Shown here: piece by piece, positions 11,299-24,800 of the stretch
Numbering within the stretch: position 1 is the first letter of the stretch
How the letters are laid out: every line of letters starts with the position of its first letter
Assembly: GCA_965240325.2 (NCBI GenBank)
Contig: OZ251233.1
Location: 1,922,001 to 1,986,000 of the forward strand
Direction: 5' to 3'
From: Rebecca billardiae RCC1528
Lineage: Eukaryota > Protista > Haptophyta
Length of the DNA: 64,000 bases
Notes under the pieces: model-generated
Seen by the model: only the letters and a program-made list of their open reading frames with translations
What the model was told of the DNA's origin: nothing
Database searches by the model: none
Position numbers and translations under genes: made by a program

Positions 11299-12804
11299 CC
11301 GCCGAGCCCGCCACCGCCGAGCTCGCCGCCGCCGTCACCAACGCCGCCGCCGCCGAGCGCGCCGCCGCTGCCACCGCCCAGCCCGCCGCCACGGCCGCCG
11401 CCAAGCCCGCCGCCGCCGAGCCCGCCGCCCTCGCCGCCGCCGTTGCCGCCGCCTCCGCCGCCGCCGAGCCCGCCGCCGAGCCCGCCTCCGGCCCCGCCGC
11501 CCTCGCCGCCGCCGCCGCCTGCGCCGCCGCCCAGCCCGCCGCCGTCGCCGCCGCCGCCCTCACCACCGCCCTCGCCGCCGCCGCTCATCCCCGCGTCGGT
11601 GCGCATGACCCGGCCGTTCTACTTCCGCGGCGAGGACCAGCACTCGATCTACTGGATCGAGCCGCGCGTGGTGAACGAGAAGAACTGGATCGGCATCTTC
11701 CGCCCCGAGGACGCCCGCCGCTTCCGCCGGCTGAGCGAGGTTGAGGCGGAGCTCCATGATGGCCGCCGGCTGGAGGGCGTCGAGGACATTCTGATCGGCG
11801 AGGGGTCGGGCAAGGAGCCGCTGGCGTGGCACTACGCGGTGAACCAGACGGGGGACGTGGACTTCGGGCACAACGTGAGCGACATCTCGGACTACGTCGT
11901 GTGCCTCTTCTGGAACGACACGGAGGCGGTGATGGCGCAGACGGTGATGAACGTGGTCGACCGACCGCTGCCGCCGCCGAGCCCGCCGTCGCCGCCGCCC
12001 AGCCCGCCGCCCAGCCCGCCGCCGCCGACCCCGCCGCCGAGCCCGCCGCCGTCGCCGCCGCCGTCGCCGCCGCCGTCGCCGCCGCCGTCGCCACCGCCCA
12101 GCCCACCGCCGAGCCCGCCGCCCGCCCTGCCGCCCGCGCCGCCGCCGAGCCCGCCGCCGTCGCCGCCGCCGAGCCCGCCGCCCCCCAGCCCGCCGCCGTC
12201 ACCGCCGCCAACCCCGCCGCCGTCACCGCCGCCGAGCCCGCCGCCGTCACCGCCGCCAGCCCCGCCGCCGTCACCGCCGCCGAGCCCGCCGCCAGCCCCG
12301 CCGCCAGCCCCGCCGCCCAGCCCGCCGCCCAGCCCACCGCCAACGCCGCCGCCGTCGCCACCACCCAGCCCGCCGCCTTCGCCACCGCCATCGCCGCCGC
12401 CATCGCCGCCGCCATCGCCACCGCCGAGCCCGCCGCCGAGCCCGCCACCGGACCAGCCGCCCGCGGCACCGCCGACGCCTCCGCCGTCGCCGCCGCCGAG
12501 CCCGCCGCCGAGCCCGCCGCCACCGCCGCCGCCGAGCCCGCCGCCGAGCCCGCCGCCGAGCCCGCCGCCGCCAAGCCCACCGCCGGCGCCGCCACCGACG
12601 CCGCCGCCGAGCCCGCCGCCGCACCCGCCGCCGAGCCCGCCGCCGCCCACCGGCTGCGGCGACCCCAAGGCTGACAACTACGACTCGAACGTGGTGGTGA
12701 ACGTGGTCGCCGAGTGCCACTACTTCGGCTGCACCGACCCCGGCGCGTTCAACTACGATTCGACGGCCACGAGCGGCGAGGTGTCGCTGTGCGAGTACTC
12801 GCCC

Positions 12805-12838
<34 letters not shown>

Positions 12839-15800
12839 CGCCGAGCCGGCCGCCGCCACCGCCGCCAAGCCCGCCGCCGTCGCCGCCGCCGTCGCCGCCG
12901 CCGTCGCCGCCGCCGAGCCCGCCGCCGTCGCCGCCGCCGTCGCCGCCGCCGAGCCCGCCGCCGAGCCCGCCGCCGCTGCCGCCGCCCAGCCCGCCGCCCA
13001 GCCCGCCGCCCAGCCCACCACCATCACCGCCGCCGTCGCCGCCACCCAGCCCGCCGCCGTCGCCGCCGCCGTCGCCGCCGCCGGCTCCGCCGCCGTCGCC
13101 GCCGCCGAGCCCGCCGCCGAGCCCGCCGCCACCGAGCCCGCCTCCTTCGCCGCCGCCGAGCCCACCGCCGTCGCCGCCGCCGAGCCCTCCGCCACCGTCG
13201 CCACCACCGAGCCCGCCGCCGAGCCCGCCGCCATCGCCGCCGCCATCGCCGCCGCCATTCCCGCCACCGTCGCCGCCGCCGTCGCCACCGCCGAGCCCGC
13301 CGCCACCGAGCCCGCCGCCGTCGCCGCCGCCCAGCCCGCCGCCCAGCCCACCACCGAGCCCGCCGCCGTCGCCGCCGCCGACGCCGCCGCCGTTCCCGCC
13401 GCCGCCGTCGCCGAGCCCGCCGCCGCCCTCGCCCAGCCCGCCACCGCCCTCGCCGCCGCCGAGCCCGCCGCCGTCGCCGCCTCCGAGCCCGCCACCGCCA
13501 AGCCCGCCGCCCTCGCCACCGCCCACCCCGCCGCCAAGCCCGCCGCCCTCGCCCCCGCCGCCGAGCCCGCCGCCGAGCCCGCCGCCATCTCCGCCGCCCT
13601 CCCCGCCGCCCCTACCGCCGCCGAGCCCGCCGCCGAGTCCGCCACCGTCTCCGCCCCCGAGCCCGCCACCGGTGCCGCCGCCGAGCCCGCCGCCCAGTCC
13701 GCCGCCGCCGAGCCCGCCGCCGAGCCCGCCGCCAAGCCCGCCCCCAAGCCCACCGCCCAGCCCGCCGCCGTCCCCACCGCCGTCGCCGCCACCGTCCCCA
13801 CCGCCGCCGAGCCCGCCGCCGAGCCCGCCGCCAACGCCGCCGCCAAGCCCGCCGCCGTTCCCGCCGCCCAGCCCACCGCCCAGCCCGCCGCCATTCCCTC
13901 CACCGAGCCCGCCGCCACCGAGCCCGCCACCGAGCCCGCCTCCCAGCCCGCCGCCCAGCCCGCCACCCAGCCCGCCACCTCCGAGCCCGCCGCCGAGCCC
14001 GCCGCCGAGCCCGCCGCCGAGCCCGCCGCCGAGCCCGCCGCCGATCCCACCGCCGTCGCCGCCGCCGAGCCCGCCGCCGAGCCCGCCGCCGCCCAACATG
14101 CCGCCATCGCCGCCGCCGAGCCCGCCGCCGAGCCCGCCGCCGAGCCCTCCACCACCGAGCCCGCCGCCGAGCCCGCCGCCGAGCCCGCCGCCGAGCCCGC
14201 CGCCGAGCCCGCCGCCGCCAAGCCCGCCGCCCAGCCCACCGCCGAGCCCGCCGCCGAGCCCACCGCCGGCGCCGCCACCGTCGCCTCCGCCGAGCCCACC
14301 GCCGTCGCCCCCGCCACCCTCGCCGCCGCCGAGCCCGCCGCCGAGCCCGCCGCCGAGCCCGCCGCCGATCCCACCGCCCTCGCCTCCGCCCTCGCCTCCT
14401 CCAAGCCCGCCGCCGCCGAGCCCGCCACCCAGCCCACCGCCCGGCCCACCGCCCAGCCCACCGCCCAGCCCACCACCCAGCCCGCCGCCCAGCCCACCGC
14501 CAATCCCGCCGCCAAGCCCACCGCCGAGCCCGCCGCCGAGCCCGCCGCCGAGCCCGCCGCCGCCCATCCCACCACCGTCGCCGCCGCCGAGCCCGCCGCC
14601 GAGCCCGCCGCCCAGCCCGCCTCCACCGAGCCCGCCACCGAGCCCGCCACCGTCGCCGCCGCCGAGCCCACCACCGAGCCCGCCGCCATTCCCTCCGCCG
14701 AGCCCGCCGCCGTCTCCGCCACCCTCGCCGCCGCCTCCGAGCCCTCCGCCCTCGCCGCCACCCTCGCCGCCACCGAGCCCGCCGCCGAGCCCACCGCCCG
14801 CACCGCCGCCCAGCCCGCCGCCATCGCCGCCGCCATCGCCGCCGCCGCCGAGCCCGCCGCCGAGCCCGCCGCCGTCCCCACCGCCCTCGCCGCCGCCGGC
14901 GCCGCCGCCCAGCCCGCCACCATCGCCGCCGCCCAGCCCGCCGCCGAGCCCACCACCACCCAGCCCACCGCCGTCCCCGCCGCCCTCGCCCCCGCCGAGC
15001 CCGCCGCCCTCGCCCCCGCCCATCCCGCCGCCGAGCCCGCCGCCGAGCCCGCCGCCCTCGCCGCCACCGCCGTCGCCGCCGCCGTCGCCGCCGCCATCGC
15101 CGCCGCCCAGCCCGCCGCCAACGCCGCCGCCGTCGCCGCCGCCCAGTCCACCGCCGAGCCCTCCACCAAGCCCGCCGCCCTCACCGCCGCCCAGCCCGCC
15201 GCCATCGCCGCCGCCATCGCCGCCGCCGCCAAGCCCACCGCCGAGCCCGCCGCCGTCCCCACCGCCCTCGCCGCCACCGGTACCGCCGCCCAGCCCGCCA
15301 CCATCGCCGCCGCCCAGCCCGCCGCCCAGCCCGCCACCGCCGAGCCCACCGCCGTCCCCGCCGCCCTCGCCGCCGCCGAGCCCGCCGCCCTCGCCCCCGC
15401 CCATGCCGCCGCCGAGCCCGCCGCCGAGCCCGCCGCCCTCGCCGCCACCGCCGTCGCCGCCGCCATCGCCGCCGCCGTCGCCGCCGCCGAGCCCGCCGCC
15501 AACGCCGCCGCCGTCGCCGCCGCCGAGCCCACCGCCGAGCCCTCCACCAAGCCCGCCGCCCGCACCGCCGCCCAGCCCGCCGCCCTCGCCGCCGCCATCG
15601 CCGCCACCGCCGAGCCCGCCTCCGAGCCCGCCGCCGTCGCCACCGCCCTCGCCGCCGCCGGCACCGCCGCCCAGCCCGCCACCATCGCCGCCGCCCAGCC
15701 CGCCGCCCAGCCCGCCACCGCCCAGCCCACCACCGTCCCCGCCGCCCTCGCCGCCGCCCAGCCCGCCGCCCTCGCCCCCGCCCATGCCACCGCCGAGCCC

Positions 15801-18800
15801 GCCGCCGAGCCCGCCGCCCTCGCCGCCACCGCCGAGCCCGCCGCCGTCGCCGCCGCCGAGCCCACCGCCAGTGCCGCCGCCGTCGCCGCCGCCATCGCCG
15901 CCGCCCAGCCCACCGCCGAGCCCTCCACCAAGCCCGCCACCGCCGAGCCCGCCACCCTCGCCGCCGCCCTCGCCACCGCCCTCGCCACCGCCGAGCCCGC
16001 CTCCATCCCCACCGCCCGCACCGCCACCGAGCCCGCCGCCCAGCCCACCGCCGCCCAGCCCGCCGCCCAGCCCACCACCCAGCCCGCCGCCCAGCCCACC
16101 GCCGTTCCCGCCACCGAGCCCACCACCGTCGCCGCCGCCGTCGCCGCCGCCGTCGCCGCCACCACCCAGCCCGCCGCCGAGCCCGCCGCCGTCGCCGCCG
16201 CCGAGCCCGCCGCCGTCGCCGCCGCCATCCCCGCCGCCTAGCCCGCCACCGAGCCCGCCGCCCAGCCCGCCGCCACCAAGCCCGCCGCCGTCGCCGCCGC
16301 CGTCGCCGCCGCCAACACCGCCGCCTAGCCCGCCACCATCGCCGCCACCAAGCCCGCCGCCCAGCCCGCCGCCCAGCCCGCCACCGCCGAGCCCACCGCC
16401 CAGCCCGCCGCCATCGCCACCACCGTCGCCGCCGCCAATGCCGCCGCCGTCGCCACCACCGTCGCCGCCACCGAGCCCGCCACCGAGCCCACCGCCTCCG
16501 AGCCCACCGCCATCGCCTCCGCCGAGCCCGCCGCCGTCCCCGCCGCCGTCCCCGCCGCCCAGCCCGCCGCCCAGCCCGCCGCCCAGCCCGCCACCGCTCC
16601 CGCCGCCCTCGCCGCCGCCAAGCCCTCCGCCGTCGCCACCACCGAGCCCGCCGCCGCCTTCTCCACCGCCGAGCCCGCCGCCGAGCCCGCCGCCGACACC
16701 TCCGCCCAGCCCGCCGCCGAGCCCACCGCCAGCGCCACCGCCGTCACCACCGCCGAGCCCGCCGCCTCCGAGCCCACCACCAAGCCCGCCGCCGAGCCCG
16801 CCACCGAGCCCACCGCCCACACCGCCGCCGTCGCCGCCGCCTTCCCCGCCGCCGAGCCCGCCGCCGAGCCCGCCGCCGAGCCCGCCGCCGAGCCCGCCAC
16901 CCAGCCCGCCGCCGCCGAGCCCGCCGCCGAGCCCACCGCCGAGCCCACCGCCTTTCCCTCCACCCAGCCCGCCGCCGTCGCCGCCGCCGTCGCCACCGCC
17001 AAGCCCACCGCCGCCGTCGCCACCGCCGAGCCCACCGCCGAGCCCGCCGCCAGCGCCGCCACCAAGTCCGCCGCCAAGCCCGCCGCCGAGCCCACCGCCA
17101 TCCCCGCCGCCGCCGAGCCCGCCGCCGAGCCCACCGCCATCGCCCCCGCCGAGCCCGCCTCCGAGTCCGCCGCCCACCCCGCCACCGTCGCCGCCGCCCA
17201 GCCCGCCGCCCTCGCCGCCGCCACCTTCGCCGCCGCCGTCCCCACCGCCGAGCCCGCCGCCGAGCCCGCCGCCAATGCCGCCACCGAGCCCGCCGCCGAG
17301 CCCGCCGCCGAGCCCGCCGCCATCCCCGCCGCCGCCGAGCCCGCCGCCGAGCCCACCGCCATCGCCACCGCCGAGCCCGCCTCCGAGTCCACCGCCAACC
17401 CCGCCACCGTCGCCGCCGCCCAGCCCGCCGCCCTCGCCGCCACCACCGTCGCCGCCACCATCGCCGCCGCCATCGCCGCCGCCGAGCCCGCCGCCCAGCC
17501 CGCCGCCGAGCCCACCGCCATCGCCCCCGCCGAGCCCGCCTCCGAGTCCACCGCCAACCCCGCCACCGTCGCCGCCGCCCAGCCCGCCGCCCTCGCCGCC
17601 GCCGCCATCGCCGCCGCCATCGCCGCCGCCATCGCCCCCGCCATTCCCGCCGCCGAGCCCGCCGCCGAGCCCGCCGCCGAGCCCGCCGCCATCGCCGCCG
17701 CCGTCGCCGCCGCCGCCGAGCCCGCCGCCGAGCCCGCCGCCTTCACCTCCACCAAGCCCGCCGCCCGCTCCGCCGCCCAGCCCGCCACCGTCGCCGCCGC
17801 CCAGCCCGCCGCCTTCGCCGCCGCCACCGTCGCCGCCGCCATCGCCGCCGCCATCGCCGCCGCCAAGCCCGCCGCCGAGCCCGCCGCCGAGCCCGCCACC
17901 CACGCCGCCACCGTCGCCTCCACCGAGTCCTCCGCCCTCGCCACCGCCGACGCCGCCGCCGAGCCCGCCGCCGTCGCCACCGCCACCATCGCCGCCGCCC
18001 AGCCCGCCGCCGAGCCCGCCGCCGTCGCCACCACCGTCGCCGCCGCCGAGCCCACCACCATCGCCGCCGCCCTCGCCGCCGCCACCCTCGCCGCCGCCTT
18101 CGCCGCCGCCTTCGCCCCCGCCAACGCCGCCGCCCAGCCCGCCGCCCAGCCCGCCGCCCAGCCCGCCGCCGCCGACTGGCTGCAGCGATTCGCTCGCCGA
18201 CAACTACGACTCGAACGTCGTCATTCTCGACGTGAGCACCTGCGTGTACTTTGGATGCACCGACTCGTCCGCGTGGAACTTCGACTCGACGGCAAACACC
18301 CAGGGCAACTCGACGTGCCACTACAGCCCGCCGCCGAGCCCGCCGTCGCCCCCACCGAGCCCGCCGCCGCCGAGCCCACCTCCGAGCCCACCACCGTCGC
18401 CGCCGCCGAGCCCGCCGCCGAGCCCGCCGCCGAGCCCGCCGCCGTCGCCACCGCCGAGCCCGCCGCCGAGCCCGCCACCCTCGCCTCCGCCGTCGCCGCC
18501 GCCGTCGCCGCCGCCTTCCCCACCGCCCAGCCCACCGCCATCGCCACCGCCACCCAGCCCACCGCCATCGCCGCCGCCATCGCCGCCGCCCAGCCCACCG
18601 CCGAGCCCGCCGCCGAGCCCGCCGCCGAGCCCACCGCCGTCCCCGCCGCCCAGCCCGCCGCCCAGCCCGCCGCCCAGCCCGCCGCCGAGTCCGCCACCGT
18701 CACCACCACCGCCCAGCCCGCCGCCGTCGCCGCCACCGAGCCCGCCGCCCAGCCCGCCGCCGTTTCCGCCACCGAGCCCGCCGCCGTCGCCGCCGCCGAG

Positions 18801-21800
18801 CCCGCCGCCGAGCCCGCCGCCGCCAAGCCCGCCGCCATCGCCGCCACCGAGCCCGCCGCCGAGTCCGCCACCAAGTCCGCCGCCATCGCCGCCCCCCAGC
18901 CCGCCTCCGAGCCCGCCCCCGAGCCCACCGCCGCCAAGCCCACCGCCATCGCCGCCGCCGAGCCCGCCACCCTTCCCGCCGCCGAGCCCGCCGCCATCGC
19001 CGCCCCCCAGCCCGCCGCCGAGCCCGCCCCCGAGCCCGCCGCCGCCGAGCCCGCCGCCATCGCCGCCGCCGTCGCCGCCGCCGTCGCCGCCGCCGTCGCC
19101 GCCGCCGTCGCCGCCGCCGAGCCCGCCGCCGAGCCCGCCGCCGAGCCCACCGCCGCCGAGCCCGCCGCCGAGCCCGCCGCCGAGCCCGCCGCCGAGCCCG
19201 CCGCCGGCACCGCCGCCGAGCCCGCCGCCCTCGCCACCGCCCTCGCCGCCACCCAGTCCACCACCGCCCAGCCCACCGCCCAGCCCACCGCCGAGCCCGC
19301 CGCCGTTCCCTCCACCCAGCCCTCCACCATCACCGCCGCCGTCGCCGCCGCCCAGCCCGCCGCCCAGCCCGCCACCGCCCAGCCCGCCGCCCAGCCCGCC
19401 GCCCAGCCCACCGCCGTCGCCGCCACCGACTCCGCCGCCATCGCCACCGCCATCGCCACCGCCAAGTCCGCCACCCAGCCCGCCCCCATCGCCGCCGCCA
19501 AGCCCGCCGCCGTCGCCGCCACCGAGCCCACCGCCCAGCCCACCGCCCAGCCCGCCGCCGAGCCCGCCGCCGCCGAGCCCGCCGCCGTCTCCGCCACCGT
19601 CACCGCCGCCCCTCCCTCCGCCAAGCCCACCACCGTCGCCGCCGCCATCGCCACCGCCATCACCGCCGCCGCCGTCCCCTCCGCCGAGCCCGCCCCCAAG
19701 CCCGCCGCCAAGCCCGCCACCGGCCCCGCCGCCATCGCCACCACCATCGCCGCCACCGAGCCCGCCGCCGCCGAGCCCGCCGCCGAGCCCGCCGCCGAGC
19801 CCGCCGCCGAGCCCGCCGCCGAGCCCGCCGCCAAGCCCGCCACCGTCGCCGCCGCCGTTCCCGCCGCCAAGCCCCCCGCCTTCGCCGCCGCCTTCGCCGC
19901 CGCCGCTCCCGCCGCCGAGCCCGCCGCCAAGCCCGCCCCCGAGCCCGCCCCCGAGCCCCCCGCCGCCAAGCCCGCCGCCGTCGCCGCCGCCGTCGCCGCC
20001 CCCAAGCCCGCCGCCGTCGCCTCCGCCTCCCAGCCCGCCGCCGAGCCCGCCGCCGTCCCCACCGCCGAGCCCGCCACCGATGCCACCGCCCTCTCCGCCG
20101 CCCTCTCCGCCGCCATCGCCACCGCCCAGTCCACCGCCGCCGAGCCCGCCGCCCTCGCCGCCGCCCTCGCCGCCGCCCAGCCCGCCGCCCTCGCCCCCGC
20201 CAAGCCCGCCGCCGAGCCCGCCACCGAGCCCGCCGCCCTCGCCACCACCGCCGAGCCCACCGCCCTCGCCGCCGCCGTCCCCGCCGCCGAGTCCGCCGCC
20301 CTCGCCACCGCCGTTCCCTCCGCCGAGCCCGCCGCCGAGCCCGCCACCGTCGCCACCGCCGCCGAGCCCGCCGCCAAGCCCGCCGCCGTCGCCGCCACCG
20401 AGCCCGCCGCCGTCGCCGCCACCGTCCCCGCCGCCGAGTCCGCCGCCCTCGCCACCGCCCTTCCCGCCGCCGAGCCCGCCGCCGAGCCCGCCGCCGTCTC
20501 CGCCGCCCAGCCCACCGCCGCCCAGCCCGCCGCCCTCGCCGCCGCCATCGCCGCCACCGAGCCCGCCGCCGTCGCCCCCACCAAGCCCGCCGCCAAGCCC
20601 ACCGCCAAGCCCGCCGCCCTCGCCACCACCGCCGAGCCCACCGCCCTCGCCGCCGCCATCCCCGCCGCCGAGTCCGCCGCCCTCGCCACCGCCGTTCCCG
20701 CCGCCGAGCCCGCCGCCGAGCCCGCCACCGTCGCCGCCGCCGCCGAGCCCGCCGCCGAGCCCGCCGCCGTCCCCGCCGCCGAGCCCGCCGCCCTTGCCAC
20801 CGCCAAGCCCGCCGCCGAGCCCGCCGCCGAGCCCGCCACCGAGCCCGCCGCCACCAAGCCCGCCGCCGAGCCCGCCACCATCGCCCCCGCCGAGCCCTCC
20901 GCCCAGCCCGCCGCCCTCGCCGCCGCCCGTGCCGCCGCCGAGCCCGCCGCCGTCGCCTCCGCCAAGCCCGCCGCCAAGCCCACCGCCAAGCCCGCCGCCC
21001 TCGCCGCCACCGCCGAGCCCGCCGCCCTCGCCCCCGCCGTCCCCGCCGCCGAGTCCACCGCCCTCGCCACCGCCGTTCCCGCCGCCGAGCCCGCCGCCGA
21101 GCCCGCCACCGTCGCCGCCTCCGCCGAGCCCGCCGCCGAGCCCGCCGCCGTCCCCGCCGCCGAGCCCGCCGCCCTTGCCACCGCCGAGCCCGCCGCCGAG
21201 CCCGCCGCCGAGCCCGCCGCCGAGCCCGCCGCCGCCGAGCCCGCCGCCGAGCCCGCCACCATCGCCCCCGCCGAGCCCACCGCCCTCGCCGCCGCCGAGC
21301 CCGCCGCCATCACCGCCGCCGAGCCCGCCGCCGAGCCCGCCGCCACCGAGCCCGCCGCCGAGCCCGCCGCCGAGCCCGCCGCCGAGCCCGCCGCCGAGCC
21401 CGCCGCCATCGCCGCCGCCATCCCCGCCGCCGAGTCCACCGCCCTCGCCACCGCCGTTCCCGCCGCCAAGCCCGCCGCCGAGTCCGCCGCCGTCGCCGCC
21501 GCCGCCGAGCCCGCCGCCGAGCCCGCCGCCGAGCCCGCCACCGAGCCCGCCGCCGTTGCCACCGCCGAGCCCGCCGCCGAGCCCGCCGCCGAGCCCGCCG
21601 CCGAGCCCGCCGCCACCAAGCCCGCCGCCAAGCCCGCCGCCATCGCCCCCGCCGAGCCCTCCGCCCTTCCCGCCGCCCTCGCCGCCGCCCTCGCCGCCGC
21701 CGAGCCCGCCGCCGTCGCCGCCCCCACCGAGCCCGCCGCCGAGCCCGCCGCCGAGCCCGCCGCCGAGCCCGCCGCCGAGCCCGCCGCCTCCATCACCGCC

Positions 21801-24800
21801 GCCGTCGCCCCCGCCGTCGCCGCCGCCGAGCCCGCCGCCGAGCCCGCCGCCGAGCCCGCCGCCGTCGCCGCCGCCGTCGCCACCGCCATTCCCGCCACCC
21901 TCGCCTCCACCGAGCCCACCGCCAAGCCCGCCGCCGATCCCACCGCCGAGCCCTCCGCCGAGCCCGCCGCCGAGCCCGCCGCCGCCGAGCCCGCCGCCCT
22001 CGCCGCCGCCCTCGCCGCCGCCCTCGCCGCCGCCAAGCCCGCCGCCGCCCAGCCCGCCGCCCAGCCCGCCGCCCAGCCCGCCGCCATCGCCTCCGCCGTT
22101 CCCGCCACCGAGCCCGCCGCCCTCGCCTCCACCCAGCCCGCCGCCGTTCCCTCCACCCAGCCCGCCGCCCAGCCCGCCGCCCAGCCCGCCGCCCAGCCCG
22201 CCGCCGCCCTCGCCGCCGCCAAGCCCGCCGCCCTCGCCGCCGCCCTCGCCACCGCCCAGCCCACCGCCGCCCAGCCCACCGCCCAGCCCACCGCCGAGCC
22301 CACCGCCATCGCCTCCGCCAAGCCCGCCGCCGAGCCCGCCGCCCTCGCCTCCGCCCAGCCCGCCGCCGTTCCCTCCACCCAGCCCGCCGCCCAGCCCGCC
22401 GCCCAGCCCGCCGCCGTCGCCGCCGCCGCTTATCCCAGCGACCCTCGCCACGTCGCAGCCGTACTACTTTGTGGGCGAGGACCAGCTGGTGGACTACTGG
22501 GTGGAGCCGCGCACGGTGCACACGGAGAACTGGGTGGGCATCTTCGCGCCCGACCGGCGGCGGCGCGAGCTGCTGCAGATCGACCAGATCATCCTGCACA
22601 CGCACTCGGGCGACCCGCCGCTCGCGTGGGCGTGGGCGAGCGCGCAGCAGGGCCGGATCAACATGGGGCACAACGTGTCCGAGCTGCAGGACTACGACGT
22701 GCTGCTCCTGTGGAACAGCAGCTACAAGGTGATGGCGCAGGCGGTGCTGCGTGTGGTCGACCGGCCGTCGCCGCCGCCGAGCCCGCCGAGCCCGCCGCCG
22801 AGCCCGCCGCCGAGCCCGCCGCCGAGCCCGCCGCCGAGCCCGCCGCCATCGCCGCCACCCTCGCCGCCGCCCAGCCCGCCGCCTTTCCCGCCGCCGAGCC
22901 CGCCGCCATCGCCACCGCCGAGCCCGCCGCCCAGCCCACCGCCGCCGAGCCCGCCGCCTTCGCCCCCGCCGAGCCCCCCGCCCAGCCCGCCGCCGAGCCC
23001 GCCGCCACCCAGCCCGCCACCCAGCCCGCCGCCCAGCCCGCCCCCGTTCCCACCGCCATCGCCTCCCCCGTCACCGCCGCCGTCGCCGCCGCCGAGCCCG
23101 CCGCCATCGCCGCCGCCGAGCCCGCCGCCGAGCCCGCCACCATCGCCGCCGCCGAGCCCGCCGCCGAGCCCGCCGCCGAGCCCGCCGCCGAGCCCGCCGC
23201 CGAGCCCGCCGCCGAGCCCGCCGCCGGGCCCGCCGCCGAGCCCGCCGCCCTCACCGCCGCCGAGCCCGCCGCCCTCGCCGCCGCCGAGCCCGCCACCGCC
23301 GAGCCCGCCGCCCTCGCCGCCACCGAGCCCGCCGCCGAGCCCGCCGCCGAGCCCGCCGCCGCCCTCGCCGCCGCCACCGCCCTCTCCATCGCCGCCACCG
23401 CCCTCTCCATCGCCGCCACCGCCGAGCTCGCCCCCCGAGCCGCCACCGAGCCCGCCGCCGACGCCGCCGCCGTCGCCGCCGCCGTCGCCGCCGCCGAGCC
23501 CGCCGCCGAGCCCACCGCCGAGCCCACCGCCATCGCCGCCGCCGAGCCCGCCGCCGAGCCCGCCGCCTCTCCCGCCGCCCTCGCCGCCGCCGAGCCCGCC
23601 GCCGAGCCCTCCGCCCTCGCCACCGCCGCCTCCGCCATCGCCGCCGCCGAGCCCGCCGCCGAGCCCACCGCCGTCGCCGCCGCCGAGCCCGCCGCCGAGC
23701 CCGCCGCCGTCGCCGCCGCCGTCGCCGCCGCCTCTCCCGCCGCCGTCGCCGCCGCCGTCGCCGCCGCCCGGGCCTCCCCCGTCCCCGCCGCCACTCCCGC
23801 CGCCCTCGCCGCCGCCCTCGCCCCCGCCGAGCCCGCCGCCGCTGTGCCTGCCCGGCGAGTACCTCGACGGCCGTTACTGCTCACCCTGTCCGGTCGGTTA
23901 CTGGAAGGACGGGCGCGGCAACGAGGAGTGCTCGCGCTGCGACTCGATCGACCCGTTCCTCACGACGTTCGGCGAGGGCGCGCCCGACGCCGACTCGTGC
24001 GAGTGCGTGCACGCCGGCTACGTCAAGCAGGGCAACGGCACCGACGCGCGCTGCGTGTGCGCCGCCGGGTACGGCGCTGCCAACGTGACGAACACCAGCG
24101 CGCTCGGCTGCGAGCCGTGCGCGATCGGCACGTTCAAGCACTGGGTCGGCACGGACCTGTGCTCCGCGTGCGACGCCATCGACGCGCACCTCACCACCGA
24201 GGGCACGGGCGCGACCAACTCGTCCCTCTGCGTGTGCGACGACGACTCGCTCGTCGAGGTCGGCGACGGCACCGAGCGGCAGTGCCTCTGCCCTCCCGGC
24301 TACGAGTATGACAACACGCTCCGCACGTGCACCGAGTGCCGACTCAACTACTTCCGCAACGGCACGTCGCTCGACGCGTGCCACTGGTGCAAGGAGCTGG
24401 ACAGCTTCCTCGTCACCGCGCGCACCGCCTCCGTCTCGCCCAACGACTGCTTCTGCGAGGAGACCACGCGGCGGCGCGGCGAGACCACCGTGTACACGGT
24501 GGGCGACGGCTGGGGCCGGCGGTGCGAGTGTGCCGAGGCCTACGAGCGCGTCGAGGCGGGCTGCACGCTCAAGCAGGAGGGCACGCTGCCCGAGACGACG
24601 GGGCCCGAGGGCAACGTGATCGACCAGTGCGCCGACATCGACCCGCACCTCACCTCCGCGCCCGGCGGCGCCGCGTCCGTCGACGACTGCATCTGCTGGC
24701 ACGACTCGTTCGTGCTCGCGACGAGCGCCGCCGGCTTCCCGACCTGCCTCTGCCCGGCGGGCACGGGCTATGACGCGGTGAGCCGCACGTGCTGCCCGTG

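Noticed and set aside
9360-24311. Very long alternative-frame and antisense ORFs (poly-Gly, AAEPA-, Arg-rich) over the SPPP repeats
   Set aside because: They are shadows of a CCG-rich coding repeat that lacks stops in other frames. Only the Pro frame links the globular domains.
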